Positions 55,345-64,000 of a stretch of DNA of 64,000 bases are shown here, piece by piece. Source of the stretch: an uncultured Chromatiaceae bacterium (GTDB taxonomy: Bacteria; Pseudomonadota; Gammaproteobacteria; JAADHS01); contig CAYQVF010000009.1 of the NCBI GenBank assembly GCA_964421045.1, positions 4,380-68,379 of the forward strand, in the 5' to 3' direction. The notes beneath the pieces are model-generated. The model was given only the letters and a program-made list of their open reading frames with translations. It searched no databases and was not told the origin of the DNA. Both the position numbers and the translations under genes were made by a program. Each line of letters starts with the position of its first letter. Position 1 is the first letter of the stretch.

Positions 55345-56055
55345 ATGCCTATTTACTGGTTACCTGAAGCCGATAATCCTGAGTTTTTTCCTGATCCTGA
55401 AAAAGCCGAAATAGATCCAAATGGCCTGCTTGCTATGGGGGGCGCGCTATCAGAACAACGTTTAATCGCCGCTTATAAACAAGGTATTTTCCCTTGGTAC
55501 AGTGCAGGACAACCTATTTTATGGTGGTCACCCAACCCCCGTGCCGTATTGTTCCCTGATCAAATAAAAATTTCCCGGAGTCTAAAAAAAACCATAAAAA
55601 AAGGACATTTTCATATCCGTTTTGATACCGAATTCAAAAAAGTGATACAACACTGTGCAGCACCTCGTGCAGAAAGTCCGGGCACCTGGATTATGCCGGA
55701 AATGGCATCTGCATATTGTCACTTACATGAAAAAGGAATAGCTCACTGCGTAGAAACCTGGTTAGATGGACGCCTGGTGGGAGGGTTATACGGTATCGCT
55801 ATCGGCCAGGTCTTTTATGGGGAATCCATGTTTAGCCTCGCAACAGATGCCTCCAAGGTCGCGTTGGTTCAGCTTGCAAAACAGCTTCAGAAATGGCAAT
55901 TTCAACTGATTGATTGTCAAGTCAGCTCTGCCCATCTCACCCGTTTGGGTGCCATTGATATACCCCGCCTTGAATTCACCCAGCTTTTAAAAAAACTTTG
56001 CTCCCAATCTTCTACCGCCCCTCTAAACTGGACAGTTAAATCGAATCCTTGTTAA
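55345..56055 (+). CDS. aat: Leucyl/phenylalanyl-tRNA--protein transferase
   Basis: 236 aa with MPIYWLPEADNPEFFPDP...GIFPWYSAGQPILWWSPNPRAVLFPD; ...GESMFS. The motifs are typical of Aat. Confidence 0.88.
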   Translation: MPIYWLPEADNPEFFPDPEKAEIDPNGLLAMGGALSEQRLIAAYKQGIFPWYSAGQPILWWSPNPRAVLFPDQIKISRSLKKTIKKGHFHIRFDTEFKKVIQHCAAPRAESPGTWIMPEMASAYCHLHEKGIAHCVETWLDGRLVGGLYGIAIGQVFYGESMFSLATDASKVALVQLAKQLQKWQFQLIDCQVSSAHLTRLGAIDIPRLEFTQLLKKLCSQSSTAPLNWTVKSNPC

Positions 56056-57070
56056 AAGCCTTCATACGAGCATCTTGTTTCGTAATTTTACCGAGCTTCA
56101 CCAGCTCTTTAAGGTTTTGATCTAGAGTTTGCATACCAATCGACTGACCCGTCTGGATCGCTGAATACATTTGTGGAATTTTGTTTTCTCGAATCAGGTT
56201 ACGTATTGCAGGTGTACCCATCATAATTTCGTGCGCCGCAATTCGCCCACCCCCTACCTTTTTAATTAAAGTTTGAGAAATAACAGCCTGCAGTGACTCT
56301 GATAACATCGAGCGCACCATTTCTTTTTCAGCGGCAGGAAACACGTCAATGATACGATCCACTGTTTTTGCTGCTGAGTTGGTATGGAGTGTTCCAAATA
56401 CAACATGGCCGGTTTCAGCTGCAGTGAGTGCCAAGCCAATGGTCTCTGGATCCCGCATTTCGCCAACAAGAATAATATCTGGATCTTCACGCAAGGCAGA
56501 TCGCAGTGCGTTGGTAAAACCGTGGGTATCCCGATGCACTTCCCGTTGGTTAATCAGGCATTTTTTACTTTGATGGACAAATTCAATCGGGTCTTCTACC
56601 GTTAAAATATGACCAAATTCATTTTCATTTTTGTAATCAAGCATCGCCGCCAAGGTCGTAGATTTACCTGAACCCGTGGGTCCGGTAACCAAAATCAAAC
56701 CGCGTGGTTTATCGGTAATCTCCTTAAAAATATCAGGTGCACCTAGGTCTTCCAACGTCAAAATAGTCGAAGGAATGGTTCGAAAAACACCACCAACCCC
56801 CCGATTTTGATTGAACACATTGACACGAAACCGTGCCAAGCCTTGTATTTCAAAAGAAAAATCGGTTTCAAACTGCTCTTCAAACTCTTTCCGCTGTTTA
56901 TCGCTCATGATGTCATACAACATGCCGTGTACCGCTTTATTGTCCAGCGCAGGCACATTGACTCGCCTGATGTCCCCATCAACGCGAATCATCGGCGGCA
57001 AACCCGCTGACAAATGTAAATCTGAAGCTGCATTTTTTACGCTAAAAGCCAATAAATCAGCTACATCCAT
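56036..57070 (-). CDS. pilT: Type IV pilus twitching-motility ATPase PilT
   Basis: 344 aa with Walker A GPTGSGKST and the Asp box. It has the His box (HLVFGTLHTNSAAKTVDRIID) and the typical PilT N-terminus MDVADLLAFSVKN. Confidence 0.8.
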   Translation of the reverse strand: MDVADLLAFSVKNAASDLHLSAGLPPMIRVDGDIRRVNVPALDNKAVHGMLYDIMSDKQRKEFEEQFETDFSFEIQGLARFRVNVFNQNRGVGGVFRTIPSTILTLEDLGAPDIFKEITDKPRGLILVTGPTGSGKSTTLAAMLDYKNENEFGHILTVEDPIEFVHQSKKCLINQREVHRDTHGFTNALRSALREDPDIILVGEMRDPETIGLALTAAETGHVVFGTLHTNSAAKTVDRIIDVFPAAEKEMVRSMLSESLQAVISQTLIKKVGGGRIAAHEIMMGTPAIRNLIRENKIPQMYSAIQTGQSIGMQTLDQNLKELVKLGKITKQDARMKAFNKDSI

Positions 57071-57277
57071 TTTCGATCTCCTACCTAAAAGCTCTACTCT
57101 GCTCTCTCCACCGCCAAGGCGCGAGGATATATTTAATGTTTCCTAGCCCTAATAACGGCAACATTGAAGCAGACTTAAGGAATGGAGACGGAATTAACTT
57201 GATCATCCTGGAACATTCAGCTGGGCACAGAGTACAAGAGCACCGTGAATCAACTTAGCGCTCAAACAAGCTCCTTG

Positions 57278-57913
57278 TTATCCAACTATGTCCAATTCAC
57301 GGCGTCTAAAGTTCACACCCAGCTTATTAGCCATATTTTCACAGGCTTGGATATCGACTCCTTGCAAACCATTGATGGCGGTAACACTTACATCGGGCAC
57401 ATATTGTTTTGCTAACCTGACGAACTCCAGCATGGCTTGATAGGAACCATCAAGCTTGGGTCGGCAATGTTGATTGTAAAGGGTTTCATTATGCGCATTC
57501 ATTGAGACTGATAGACTGTCGATTAAGCCGTGCATTTCTGATGTCACGTCACGGGCGTGTACCAAATTCGCCAAACCATCCGAATTCAAACGTATTTTTG
57601 CGCCTTTTAGCTTGAGTGCTGTCGCTATTTCAATCATCGTATCCCAGCGTAGTGTGGTTTCTCCTAAGCCACAAAATACGATTTCGTTGTAACGACCCGG
57701 ATCGCCTGTTGCGGTGAGAATTTCTTCAGCGCTGGGCTCACGGCGAAGACGAAGATCAAGACCTTGCACCTCCCAGGTGCCATTAAATTTAGGACAAAAT
57801 GCGCAACGTAATGTGCATTGATAAGTGATGTTTAAATATCGATTGCCGTGCAAAGTATAAGCTAAGGTTTCTTGCTGACTTGATATCGCTTTTTCAGTAT
57901 TTTTTTTATTCAT
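57278..57913 (-). CDS. Small radical-SAM protein (CxxxCxxC), function unknown
   Basis: 211 aa with the motif QCTLRCAFCPK (C-x3-C-x2-C). It has a glycine-rich segment (IVFCGLGETTL) consistent with SAM binding. It overlaps the upstream 258-aa gene by 4 nt. Confidence 0.6.
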   Translation of the reverse strand: MNKKNTEKAISSQQETLAYTLHGNRYLNITYQCTLRCAFCPKFNGTWEVQGLDLRLRREPSAEEILTATGDPGRYNEIVFCGLGETTLRWDTMIEIATALKLKGAKIRLNSDGLANLVHARDVTSEMHGLIDSLSVSMNAHNETLYNQHCRPKLDGSYQAMLEFVRLAKQYVPDVSVTAINGLQGVDIQACENMANKLGVNFRRRELDIVG

Positions 57914-58686
57914 TTTTGTCGTAATCGCAACTGCACTAATTTGGTTTGATACCGCGAAATATCTTTAGCTGCACGTTTATAAACTGATCGCAAATGCGAT
58001 TTTAAGTGTGGTGTAACTTGCTTTGTTGGTAGTGCTTTCAACGCCGCAAACAACGCCAAGGCATAAATCGCTTCATCTTGAGATAAATATATTTCTCGCT
58101 CCACTTTTGGCCCTGAACATTTACCGCAGCCCCCCCTAAAATGATACGCGGTATTAGCAAATAACACACCAAACCCCAATCTAATCGCAAGCACCTCCAT
58201 CGCATAACCATATGCAGCCTGACCACCAGGGGGTTCAGTTTTGGCCATTCCACCTAAGTAAAATGCTAAGACACTGGCATAGTGCGCGATAAGCGTATCT
58301 GGTGTGCCGACTTGCCCGGTATGGTAGGGAATCACTGGCAGCGTTATTTTTTCATTCGATTGTGGCGTTGTTGATAGCTCGGAACTCAGAATTGAAGCAA
58401 CACTGGCCGTATGATTCAAGCCATCCTGAAAACCGTGTTGATCTACTAATTGACAAGGCCAATGACTAAGCCCCGCATATTTTTGTACTTGTCGAAAAAT
58501 CAGCTCCGCCATGGCTGCAGCACTGTCGGCATTGCCGGGGAAAAATTCGTTACTCGGCACCACCAACACCGACTCCTGATTGATAACATTGGCATCAAAC
58601 TCGGCTAAAGACCAGTCAAAAACATCGAAAACCCAAACAGCAGTGTCCTCATCGACAACAGGCCTGCTTTGTAAAAATTCCAGCAT
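57910..58686 (-). CDS. Hypothetical protein (258 aa), translationally coupled to the radical-SAM gene
   Basis: A long ORF with no family I recognise. It contains HFRGGCGKCSGP near residue 180. Confidence 0.45.
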   Translation of the reverse strand: MLEFLQSRPVVDEDTAVWVFDVFDWSLAEFDANVINQESVLVVPSNEFFPGNADSAAAMAELIFRQVQKYAGLSHWPCQLVDQHGFQDGLNHTASVASILSSELSTTPQSNEKITLPVIPYHTGQVGTPDTLIAHYASVLAFYLGGMAKTEPPGGQAAYGYAMEVLAIRLGFGVLFANTAYHFRGGCGKCSGPKVEREIYLSQDEAIYALALFAALKALPTKQVTPHLKSHLRSVYKRAAKDISRYQTKLVQLRLRQK

Positions 58687-58900
58687 ATTGTGTTCTTTTT
58701 TTCTGTATAATAAGTCAGATTTCGGAATTCAAATCTACGTGTGTTGAATAAACGGCAAAATGAAATAATATATCGTACTCATATTACGTACTTATGTCCG
58801 TTTTTTCATGTCGAACGGTAAAAAACCATGCAAATACAATCATGACTTAACTCTATCTTAAAATCTATTTATCAGAAAGCACTTAAATCTAATCCAGAAT

Positions 58901-59269
58901 ATGGCAAAACAATTATTTAAGCTACGAAACGTTCCTGATGATGAAGCCCATGAAGTTCGCACGCTATTGGCAGAACATGATATCGATACATACGAAACCA
59001 CATCGGGATTTTGGGGAACCGCAGTCCCTGCCATCTGGCTTAGAGACGAAGCTCAACTTGAAGCAGCAAAACAATTAATCGAGACTTACCAACAAAAGCG
59101 ATCCACTACAGCGCGTTTGCACTATGAACAACAGTGTAAAGAGGGAACAGCAAGATCAACCCTGGATATTATAAAAGAAAACCCCAGTAAATACGGACTT
59201 TATATTTTAGGAGTTCTTGCCGTTCTTTATTTTAGTTTCGTCCCCTTATTTAACTTACTATACAAGTAA
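58901..59269 (+). CDS. Hypothetical protein with C-terminal TM helix
   Basis: 122 aa with a soluble N-terminal domain and a hydrophobic C-terminus (LYILGVLAVLYFSFVPLF). Confidence 0.4.
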   Translation: MAKQLFKLRNVPDDEAHEVRTLLAEHDIDTYETTSGFWGTAVPAIWLRDEAQLEAAKQLIETYQQKRSTTARLHYEQQCKEGTARSTLDIIKENPSKYGLYILGVLAVLYFSFVPLFNLLYK

Positions 59270-59288
59270 AAACCACAAGAAGAAAAAC

Positions 59289-59708
59289 GTGCTGACATTA
59301 TTCCTTATTATTCACTTCATCGGGCTATGTATTGGTGTGGGTGCATCCCTCTGCAATGCCCTTTTAAATCTATACCTGACACAGCAAAACAAGGGAGATA
59401 TTCCACAAGAAACCAGAAGCATTATAACATCATATTTGTTTCATCTTGGTATCATAGGGCTGGCTCTGCTCGTCATATCCGGAATAGTACTTATGGTCTT
59501 TTACCACCCTTTCGTCACTCTGTCTTTTTTATTTTGGCTAAAACTATTTGTAGTTAGCATTTTAATTGCCTTGATTTACCAGGCAAAACAACTCTTTAAA
59601 GAACCCAACCCAAGCCATCGTACAGTGACACAACTGACACGTATCCGTCTATTTAACCCCGCCCTGTCTCTCTCTATTGTTATTTTGGCTGTATTAGCTT
59701 TTCAATAA
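59289..59708 (+). CDS. Hypothetical integral membrane protein (about 4 TM)
   Basis: Probable GTG start at 59289 after AAGAAG. It is about 139 aa and hydrophobic throughout. Confidence 0.4.
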   Translation: MLTLFLIIHFIGLCIGVGASLCNALLNLYLTQQNKGDIPQETRSIITSYLFHLGIIGLALLVISGIVLMVFYHPFVTLSFLFWLKLFVVSILIALIYQAKQLFKEPNPSHRTVTQLTRIRLFNPALSLSIVILAVLAFQ

Positions 59709-59776
59709 CTTCTCGTTTTGAAATTTCACCTTCTTAAATCCGAGCGCCAAAAAGGAAGTTATTACGTGCTCATTCC

Positions 59777-59971
59777 TTAATTCTGTTCGTCTATCCATGC
59801 CGCTTGGATGGCTTCTAATAATTTCTCTCCAGAACGCTGGGGATCACCCCGAAAATCTTCCAGTTTACAGACCCATTGATGCAAGTCGGTAAAACGCACA
59901 TAACGAGCATCGACATCAGGATATTGGTCGGTGAGTGCGATTGCAATGTCATGTAGGTCATTCCACTGCAT
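59777..59971 (-). CDS. iscX: Fe-S cluster assembly protein IscX (YfhJ)
   Basis: 64 aa and collinear with E. coli IscX (..[24 protein letters not shown].. vs DARYVRFTDLHQWVCKLEDFRGDP). Confidence 0.85.
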   Translation of the reverse strand: MQWNDLHDIAIALTDQYPDVDARYVRFTDLHQWVCKLEDFRGDPQRSGEKLLEAIQAAWIDEQN

Positions 59972-59973
59972 GA

Positions 59974-60312
59974 TTATTTCCCTTCAGAGACCATATTAAT
60001 TGTATATTTTGGAATTTCGACAACCAGATCTTTATTGCTGACAACGGCTTGACAACTCAATCGTGAATCCGGCTCCAGACCCCATGCTTTATCCAATAAA
60101 TCATCTTCAAGTTCGGTTGCTTCCGCAAGAGAGCCCCCCCCCTCACGAATAATCACATGACAGGTTGTACACGCACATGATTTTTCACAAGCATGTTCTA
60201 TTGATAAGCCATTCTGCAATGCCGCATCACATATCGTTACACCCGGCTCAGCTTCAATCACGGCACCTTCCGGGCAAATTTCTTCATGAGGTAAAAAAAT
60301 AATCTGTGTCAT
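59974..60312 (-). CDS. fdx: [2Fe-2S] ferredoxin of the ISC system
   Basis: 112 aa with the Cys pattern [11 protein letters not shown]...C of adrenodoxin-type Fdx. It lies between hscA and iscX. Confidence 0.88.
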   Translation of the reverse strand: MTQIIFLPHEEICPEGAVIEAEPGVTICDAALQNGLSIEHACEKSCACTTCHVIIREGGGSLAEATELEDDLLDKAWGLEPDSRLSCQAVVSNKDLVVEIPKYTINMVSEGK

Positions 60313-62186
60313 AGGTCTATCTCTTCAACCCGATGCCCCTTGAGCGCAGCCTGCATACTAGAATCCATTCGCCTTGCTGCAAAAGTCATACTGACCTCAT
60401 TCAAGGTGGCGATTAATTCTTTTATATGCAGATGATCATCCCCCATCATGTTATCAGATAAATTCTGCATAGCCTGCAAAATAAGCTCTTTTTCTTGGCT
60501 TTCTAACAAACGTTCACCATCCATAGTAAGGGCAGCTTGTACTGACTCGAGCAAACGTTCGGCATCTAATTGCTGCTCTTTTAAGAGCCGACTCGCTACA
60601 TCGTCAGAGGCATGCGCTAAAGAATCATGTAGCATCGCGGCGATGTCTTCGTCCGTTAAACCATAAGACGGTTTCACTTGAACACGACTTTGTACACCAC
60701 TGGTTAATTCTTCAGCACTCACACTCAACAAGCCGTCCGCATCCACTTGAAAGCTGACTTTGATTTTAGCAGCACCAGCAACCATTGGGGGAATACCATG
60801 TAAAACAAATTGTGCAAGTGAACGGCAATCATCAACCAATTCTCTTTCACCTTGTACGGCATGTAATTGTATGGCCGTTTGGCCATCTTTGAAGGTCGTA
60901 AATTCTTGTGCTCTGGCAACAGGAATAGGCGTGTTACGAGGAATAATTTTTTCTACCAAACCACCCATAGTCGCGATGCCCAAAGACAAAGGCGTGACAT
61001 CCAGTAACAATAAACCCGCCGCGTTATTGTTGCCAACCAACTGATCTGCTTGACGCGCGGCACCCAAAGCAACCACTTTATCTGGATCAAGATCGACCAG
61101 GGGTTGGCATTCAAAAAAAGTGCCCACTGCGTTGCGAACCAGCGGCACACGGGTGGCCCCCCCCACCATCACCACCGCCTTAATCTCATCCAGTGTGATT
61201 GAGGCATCTTTGAGCGCCCGTCGACAGGGTAGCAAGGTACGCTGAACTAAGGTCATAACCAAGCCTTCAAAAACCTCGCGAGTCAATACACCATGCCATG
61301 AAATTTTCTCTTCATATTCAATGTTGATATCCACTTCACTACGCAGCGTTAATAACTCTTTCGCAGAGCGAGCCTGTTCTGTAAGTGTACGCAATAATTT
61401 GTGTTCCAGCTTATTCGCCAAACCCGCTTGCTCTATCAGCCATTCGGCAATAAGCTGATCCATGTCATCACCACCTAATGCAGAGTCACCCGCCGTCGCC
61501 AGCACTTCAAAAACCCCTTTATTCAGCTGAAGAATAGACACGTCAAAAGTTCCGCCGCCTAAATCATAAATAACATGGATACCCTCATTTCCCTTTTCCA
61601 GGCCATAGGCGACGGCAGCGGCAGTCGGCTCATTTAACAAGCGTAAAACATGAAGTCCAGCAAGCCGTGCGGCATCACGAGTTGCTTGACGCTGAGCATC
61701 ATCAAAATAAGCAGGAACAGTAATCACCACGCCTGACAATTCGCCACCCAGCGCTTCTTGTGCTCTGTCGCGCAGCACCTTGAGTATTTCAGCAGAGACT
61801 TCAACAGGACTCACCTCGCCTAGCTCAGTATTAATACGCGGCATGCCGGCATCGGCATCAACAAACTGGTAAGGCAAGTGGTTGGCGGTATGACTCACGT
61901 CCGCCAAGCCGCGTCCCATTAACCGCTTAACGGAAGCAATAGTATTCAGCGGATCAACCACTGCTTTGGCTCTGGCAATACCGCCCACTTCAATACCCGC
62001 CTCTTTACTGTAGCGAACAACCGACGATAACAAGCTTTGCCCATCACTATCAGGTAATATATCAGGGATACCACTGCGTACCGTGGCCACCAAAGAGTGA
62101 GTTGTTCCGAGATCAATCCCCGCTGATAAACGGTGTTGATGGGGGGCTGTGGATTGCCCAGGCTCAGTAATTTGTAATAACGCCAT
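60309..62186 (-). CDS. hscA: Fe-S cluster biogenesis Hsp70 chaperone HscA
   Basis: 625 aa with Hsp70 motifs ([12 protein letters not shown]; [12 protein letters not shown]; [10 protein letters not shown]). It overlaps fdx by 4 nt. Confidence 0.95.
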   Translation of the reverse strand: MALLQITEPGQSTAPHQHRLSAGIDLGTTHSLVATVRSGIPDILPDSDGQSLLSSVVRYSKEAGIEVGGIARAKAVVDPLNTIASVKRLMGRGLADVSHTANHLPYQFVDADAGMPRINTELGEVSPVEVSAEILKVLRDRAQEALGGELSGVVITVPAYFDDAQRQATRDAARLAGLHVLRLLNEPTAAAVAYGLEKGNEGIHVIYDLGGGTFDVSILQLNKGVFEVLATAGDSALGGDDMDQLIAEWLIEQAGLANKLEHKLLRTLTEQARSAKELLTLRSEVDINIEYEEKISWHGVLTREVFEGLVMTLVQRTLLPCRRALKDASITLDEIKAVVMVGGATRVPLVRNAVGTFFECQPLVDLDPDKVVALGAARQADQLVGNNNAAGLLLLDVTPLSLGIATMGGLVEKIIPRNTPIPVARAQEFTTFKDGQTAIQLHAVQGERELVDDCRSLAQFVLHGIPPMVAGAAKIKVSFQVDADGLLSVSAEELTSGVQSRVQVKPSYGLTDEDIAAMLHDSLAHASDDVASRLLKEQQLDAERLLESVQAALTMDGERLLESQEKELILQAMQNLSDNMMGDDHLHIKELIATLNEVSMTFAARRMDSSMQAALKGHRVEEIDL

Positions 62187-62195
62187 AATACCCTT

Positions 62196-62729
62196 TTAGG
62201 TTAACTCCAATACTTCGTCATGCAACTTCGAAAAAAATTGATATTTATCTAACAGGCTACTTGCTTTTTTGGCATTTTTTGTCTCATTCACATGCTGAAA
62301 ACAGGCACTCAAATCTGTCAAAATAGTCTGTTGCTGTGCTTCAATTTTGTCTATAAATGTTATTAACCTGGCCATCTCTATGGGGCTTGTTTTTTTAATT
62401 TCGTCAAACTCTTCCCGTAATGACATTTGTTCCAATAATAAGGCGGTGTCTTGTACCGTATGAGTAGGTTCGCCGACATCATCTATTAACAAGCTTAACA
62501 AGTAACGCCCCCGTTGCAACGGGTCTTTCAGGGTCAAATAAGCTTGATTAATCAATGCCGAAAATTGCACCGCTAAACGCCGTTCCTGCGCTGTACCTCC
62601 GGCATACTGATCAGGATGCGCTGAGGCTTGCAGATGCCGGTAACGAACGCTTAAAGTCGGGAAAGAGAGGTCAAACTGAAGCGGAAGATCAAACAATTCG
62701 AAATAGTTTTTTTGCAAAAAATCAGTCAT
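62196..62729 (-). CDS. hscB: Fe-S cluster co-chaperone HscB
   Basis: The start is probably the Met at 62729 (MTDFLQKNYFELFDLP). It has a J-domain with HPD (AHPDQY) and a C-terminal helical domain. Confidence 0.85.
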   Translation of the reverse strand: MTDFLQKNYFELFDLPLQFDLSFPTLSVRYRHLQASAHPDQYAGGTAQERRLAVQFSALINQAYLTLKDPLQRGRYLLSLLIDDVGEPTHTVQDTALLLEQMSLREEFDEIKKTSPIEMARLITFIDKIEAQQQTILTDLSACFQHVNETKNAKKASSLLDKYQFFSKLHDEVLELT

Positions 62730-62736
62730 ATCTTTA

Positions 62737-63060
62737 TTAGATACTGAAACTTTCACCGCACCCACATGTATCTTTCACATTAGGGTTGTTAAATTTAAAG
62801 CCTTCATTCAAACCTTCACGACCGTAATCAAGCTCGGTACCGTCAAGATAGAGCAAGCTTTTTGCATCCACAATTACTTTAACGCCCTGATCTTCAAAAA
62901 CGGAATCGTCTGTTTCAATTTCATTGACAAACTCCAACACATAGGCCATACCCGAACAACCCGTTGTTTTAACGGCCAAGCGCACACCCACACCATGACC
63001 TCTGGCCTCCAGGAAGGACTTGACTCGATCTGCCGCCGCCACACTCATAGTTATCGCCAT
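62737..63060 (-). CDS. iscA: Iron-binding A-type carrier IscA
   Basis: About 107 aa and collinear with E. coli IscA ([12 protein letters not shown]...[14 protein letters not shown]). Its start lies 2 nt after the iscS stop. Confidence 0.88.
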   Translation of the reverse strand: MAITMSVAAADRVKSFLEARGHGVGVRLAVKTTGCSGMAYVLEFVNEIETDDSVFEDQGVKVIVDAKSLLYLDGTELDYGREGLNEGFKFNNPNVKDTCGCGESFSI

Positions 63061-63062
63061 GC

Positions 63063-64000
63063 TTAGTGCGCTGCCCATTTAACTTTTGAGAGGTCTACGC
63101 CGTCTTTATACATATCCCATAACGGTGACAATTCACGTAATTTTGCAACCCGTTCGCGAATTAAATTGATGATGTAATCCACTTCTTCAGTTGTTGTAAA
63201 ACGACCTAGGGTAAAACGCAATGAGCTATGCGCAAGTTCATCACTACGGCCAATAGCACGCAGTACATAAGAGGGCTCCAGACTGGCAGAAGTACAAGCT
63301 GAACCCGACGACAGCGCAATATCCTTTAATGCCATAATTAATGACTCACCTTCAACATAGTTGAAGCTGATATTCAGATTGCCGGCGACTCGCTGCTCTA
63401 AATCACCATTGACATAAATTTCTTCCATATCGCTTAAACCATTATAGAGCCTATCCCTGAGAGATTTTAGACGAATATTTTCCGTTGCCATTTCTTCTTT
63501 TGCAATGCGAAAAGCTTCGCCCATACCCACAATTTGATGGGTCGCCAAAGTCCCTGAACGCATTCCTCGTTCATGTCCACCACCATGTGTTTGTGCTTCA
63601 ATCCGTACGCGCGGTTTGCGTCGAACATAAAGTGCACCGATACCCTTAGGTCCGTAGATTTTATGTGCAGAAAAAGACATTAAATCAACTTTCATCTGCT
63701 GCAAGTTGATGTCTACTTTTCCTGCGCTTTGTGCGGCATCAACATGAAACAAGATACCCCGTTCCCTGGCCATTTCGCCTATTTTAGTAATGTCCTGGAT
63801 CACACCAATTTCATTATTAACATGCATAATAGAGATCAATATTGTATCGTCCCTGATCGCCGCAACCAGTTTTTCAAGATCTAGCAGACCATTAGTTTCA
63901 GGATCAAGATAACTCACATCGTAGCCTTCTCGCTCCAACTGACGATAGCAATCGAGCACCGCTTTATGCTCAGTTTTTAAAGTGATGAGGTGCCGTCCTT
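63063..64000 (-). CDS. iscS: Cysteine desulfurase IscS (C-terminal ~310 codons; the gene continues past the window end)
   Basis: It has a PLP site ([17 protein letters not shown]), the active-site loop ([21 protein letters not shown]) and a C-terminal ...VKWAAH. Confidence 0.92.
   Translation of the reverse strand, partial: GRHLITLKTEHKAVLDCYRQLEREGYDVSYLDPETNGLLDLEKLVAAIRDDTILISIMHVNNEIGVIQDITKIGEMARERGILFHVDAAQSAGKVDINLQQMKVDLMSFSAHKIYGPKGIGALYVRRKPRVRIEAQTHGGGHERGMRSGTLATHQIVGMGEAFRIAKEEMATENIRLKSLRDRLYNGLSDMEEIYVNGDLEQRVAGNLNISFNYVEGESLIMALKDIALSSGSACTSASLEPSYVLRAIGRSDELAHSSLRFTLGRFTTTEEVDYIINLIRERVAKLRELSPLWDMYKDGVDLSKVKWAAH

Overview
This 64-kb window looks like a chromosomal segment from a gammaproteobacterium of moderate GC content. 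That placement is an inference from the combined synteny blocks tig-clpP-clpX-lon, ftsK-lolA-rarA-serS and iscS-iscA-hscB-hscA-fdx-iscX, each named block matching a gammaproteobacterial reference operon; E. coli specifically is the reference only for ftsK-lolA-rarA-serS and iscS-iscA-hscB-hscA-fdx-iscX (the tRNA-Leu/His/Arg/Pro gene set resembles E. coli argX-hisR-leuT-proM, but its position next to tig is not an E. coli feature). Most of the window is housekeeping. It includes the proteostasis genes tig, clpP, clpX, lon and ppiD, with two tRNA clusters (Leu-His-Arg-Pro and Val-Asp). It also has aroC, hemN, cysG, serS, crcB, rarA, lolA, ftsK, ald, trxB, aat, pilT, gshA-gshB, selO, fabI and an ISC Fe-S operon that lacks iscU at its usual position.

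Several accessory-looking modules are interspersed:
- An HME-RND czcCBA-type efflux operon runs off the 5' edge of the window. It is preceded by a His-rich membrane-anchored protein and faces a TelA-like gene.
- A tightly coupled four-gene operon encodes a TonB-dependent receptor, a YfiR-like DUF4154 protein, a BarA/GacS-type hybrid histidine kinase and a 997-aa secreted protein with LVIVD repeats.
- A QseE/QseG/QseF-like (GlrK-YfhG-GlrR-like) module has its histidine kinase, lipoprotein and sigma54 activator genes overlapping by 4 nt at each junction.
- A roughly 467-bp element flanked by 55-bp inverted repeats lies between that module and fabI.
- A five-gene envelope operon lies between hemN and cysG. 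Its products are a Tiki/ChaN-like protein with a PDZ domain, a lipoprotein, a Sel1 lipoprotein, a two-TM protein and an alpha/beta-hydrolase lipoprotein. It is preceded by a perfect 15-bp hairpin.
- A small radical-SAM gene overlaps an uncharacterised 258-aa partner.

I found no rRNA, CRISPR array, transposase or integrase, and no prophage. The ORF track omits ORFs that run off either edge of the window, so the leftmost and rightmost genes were called by manual translation or as partials, and all functional calls rest on motif recognition without database searches.
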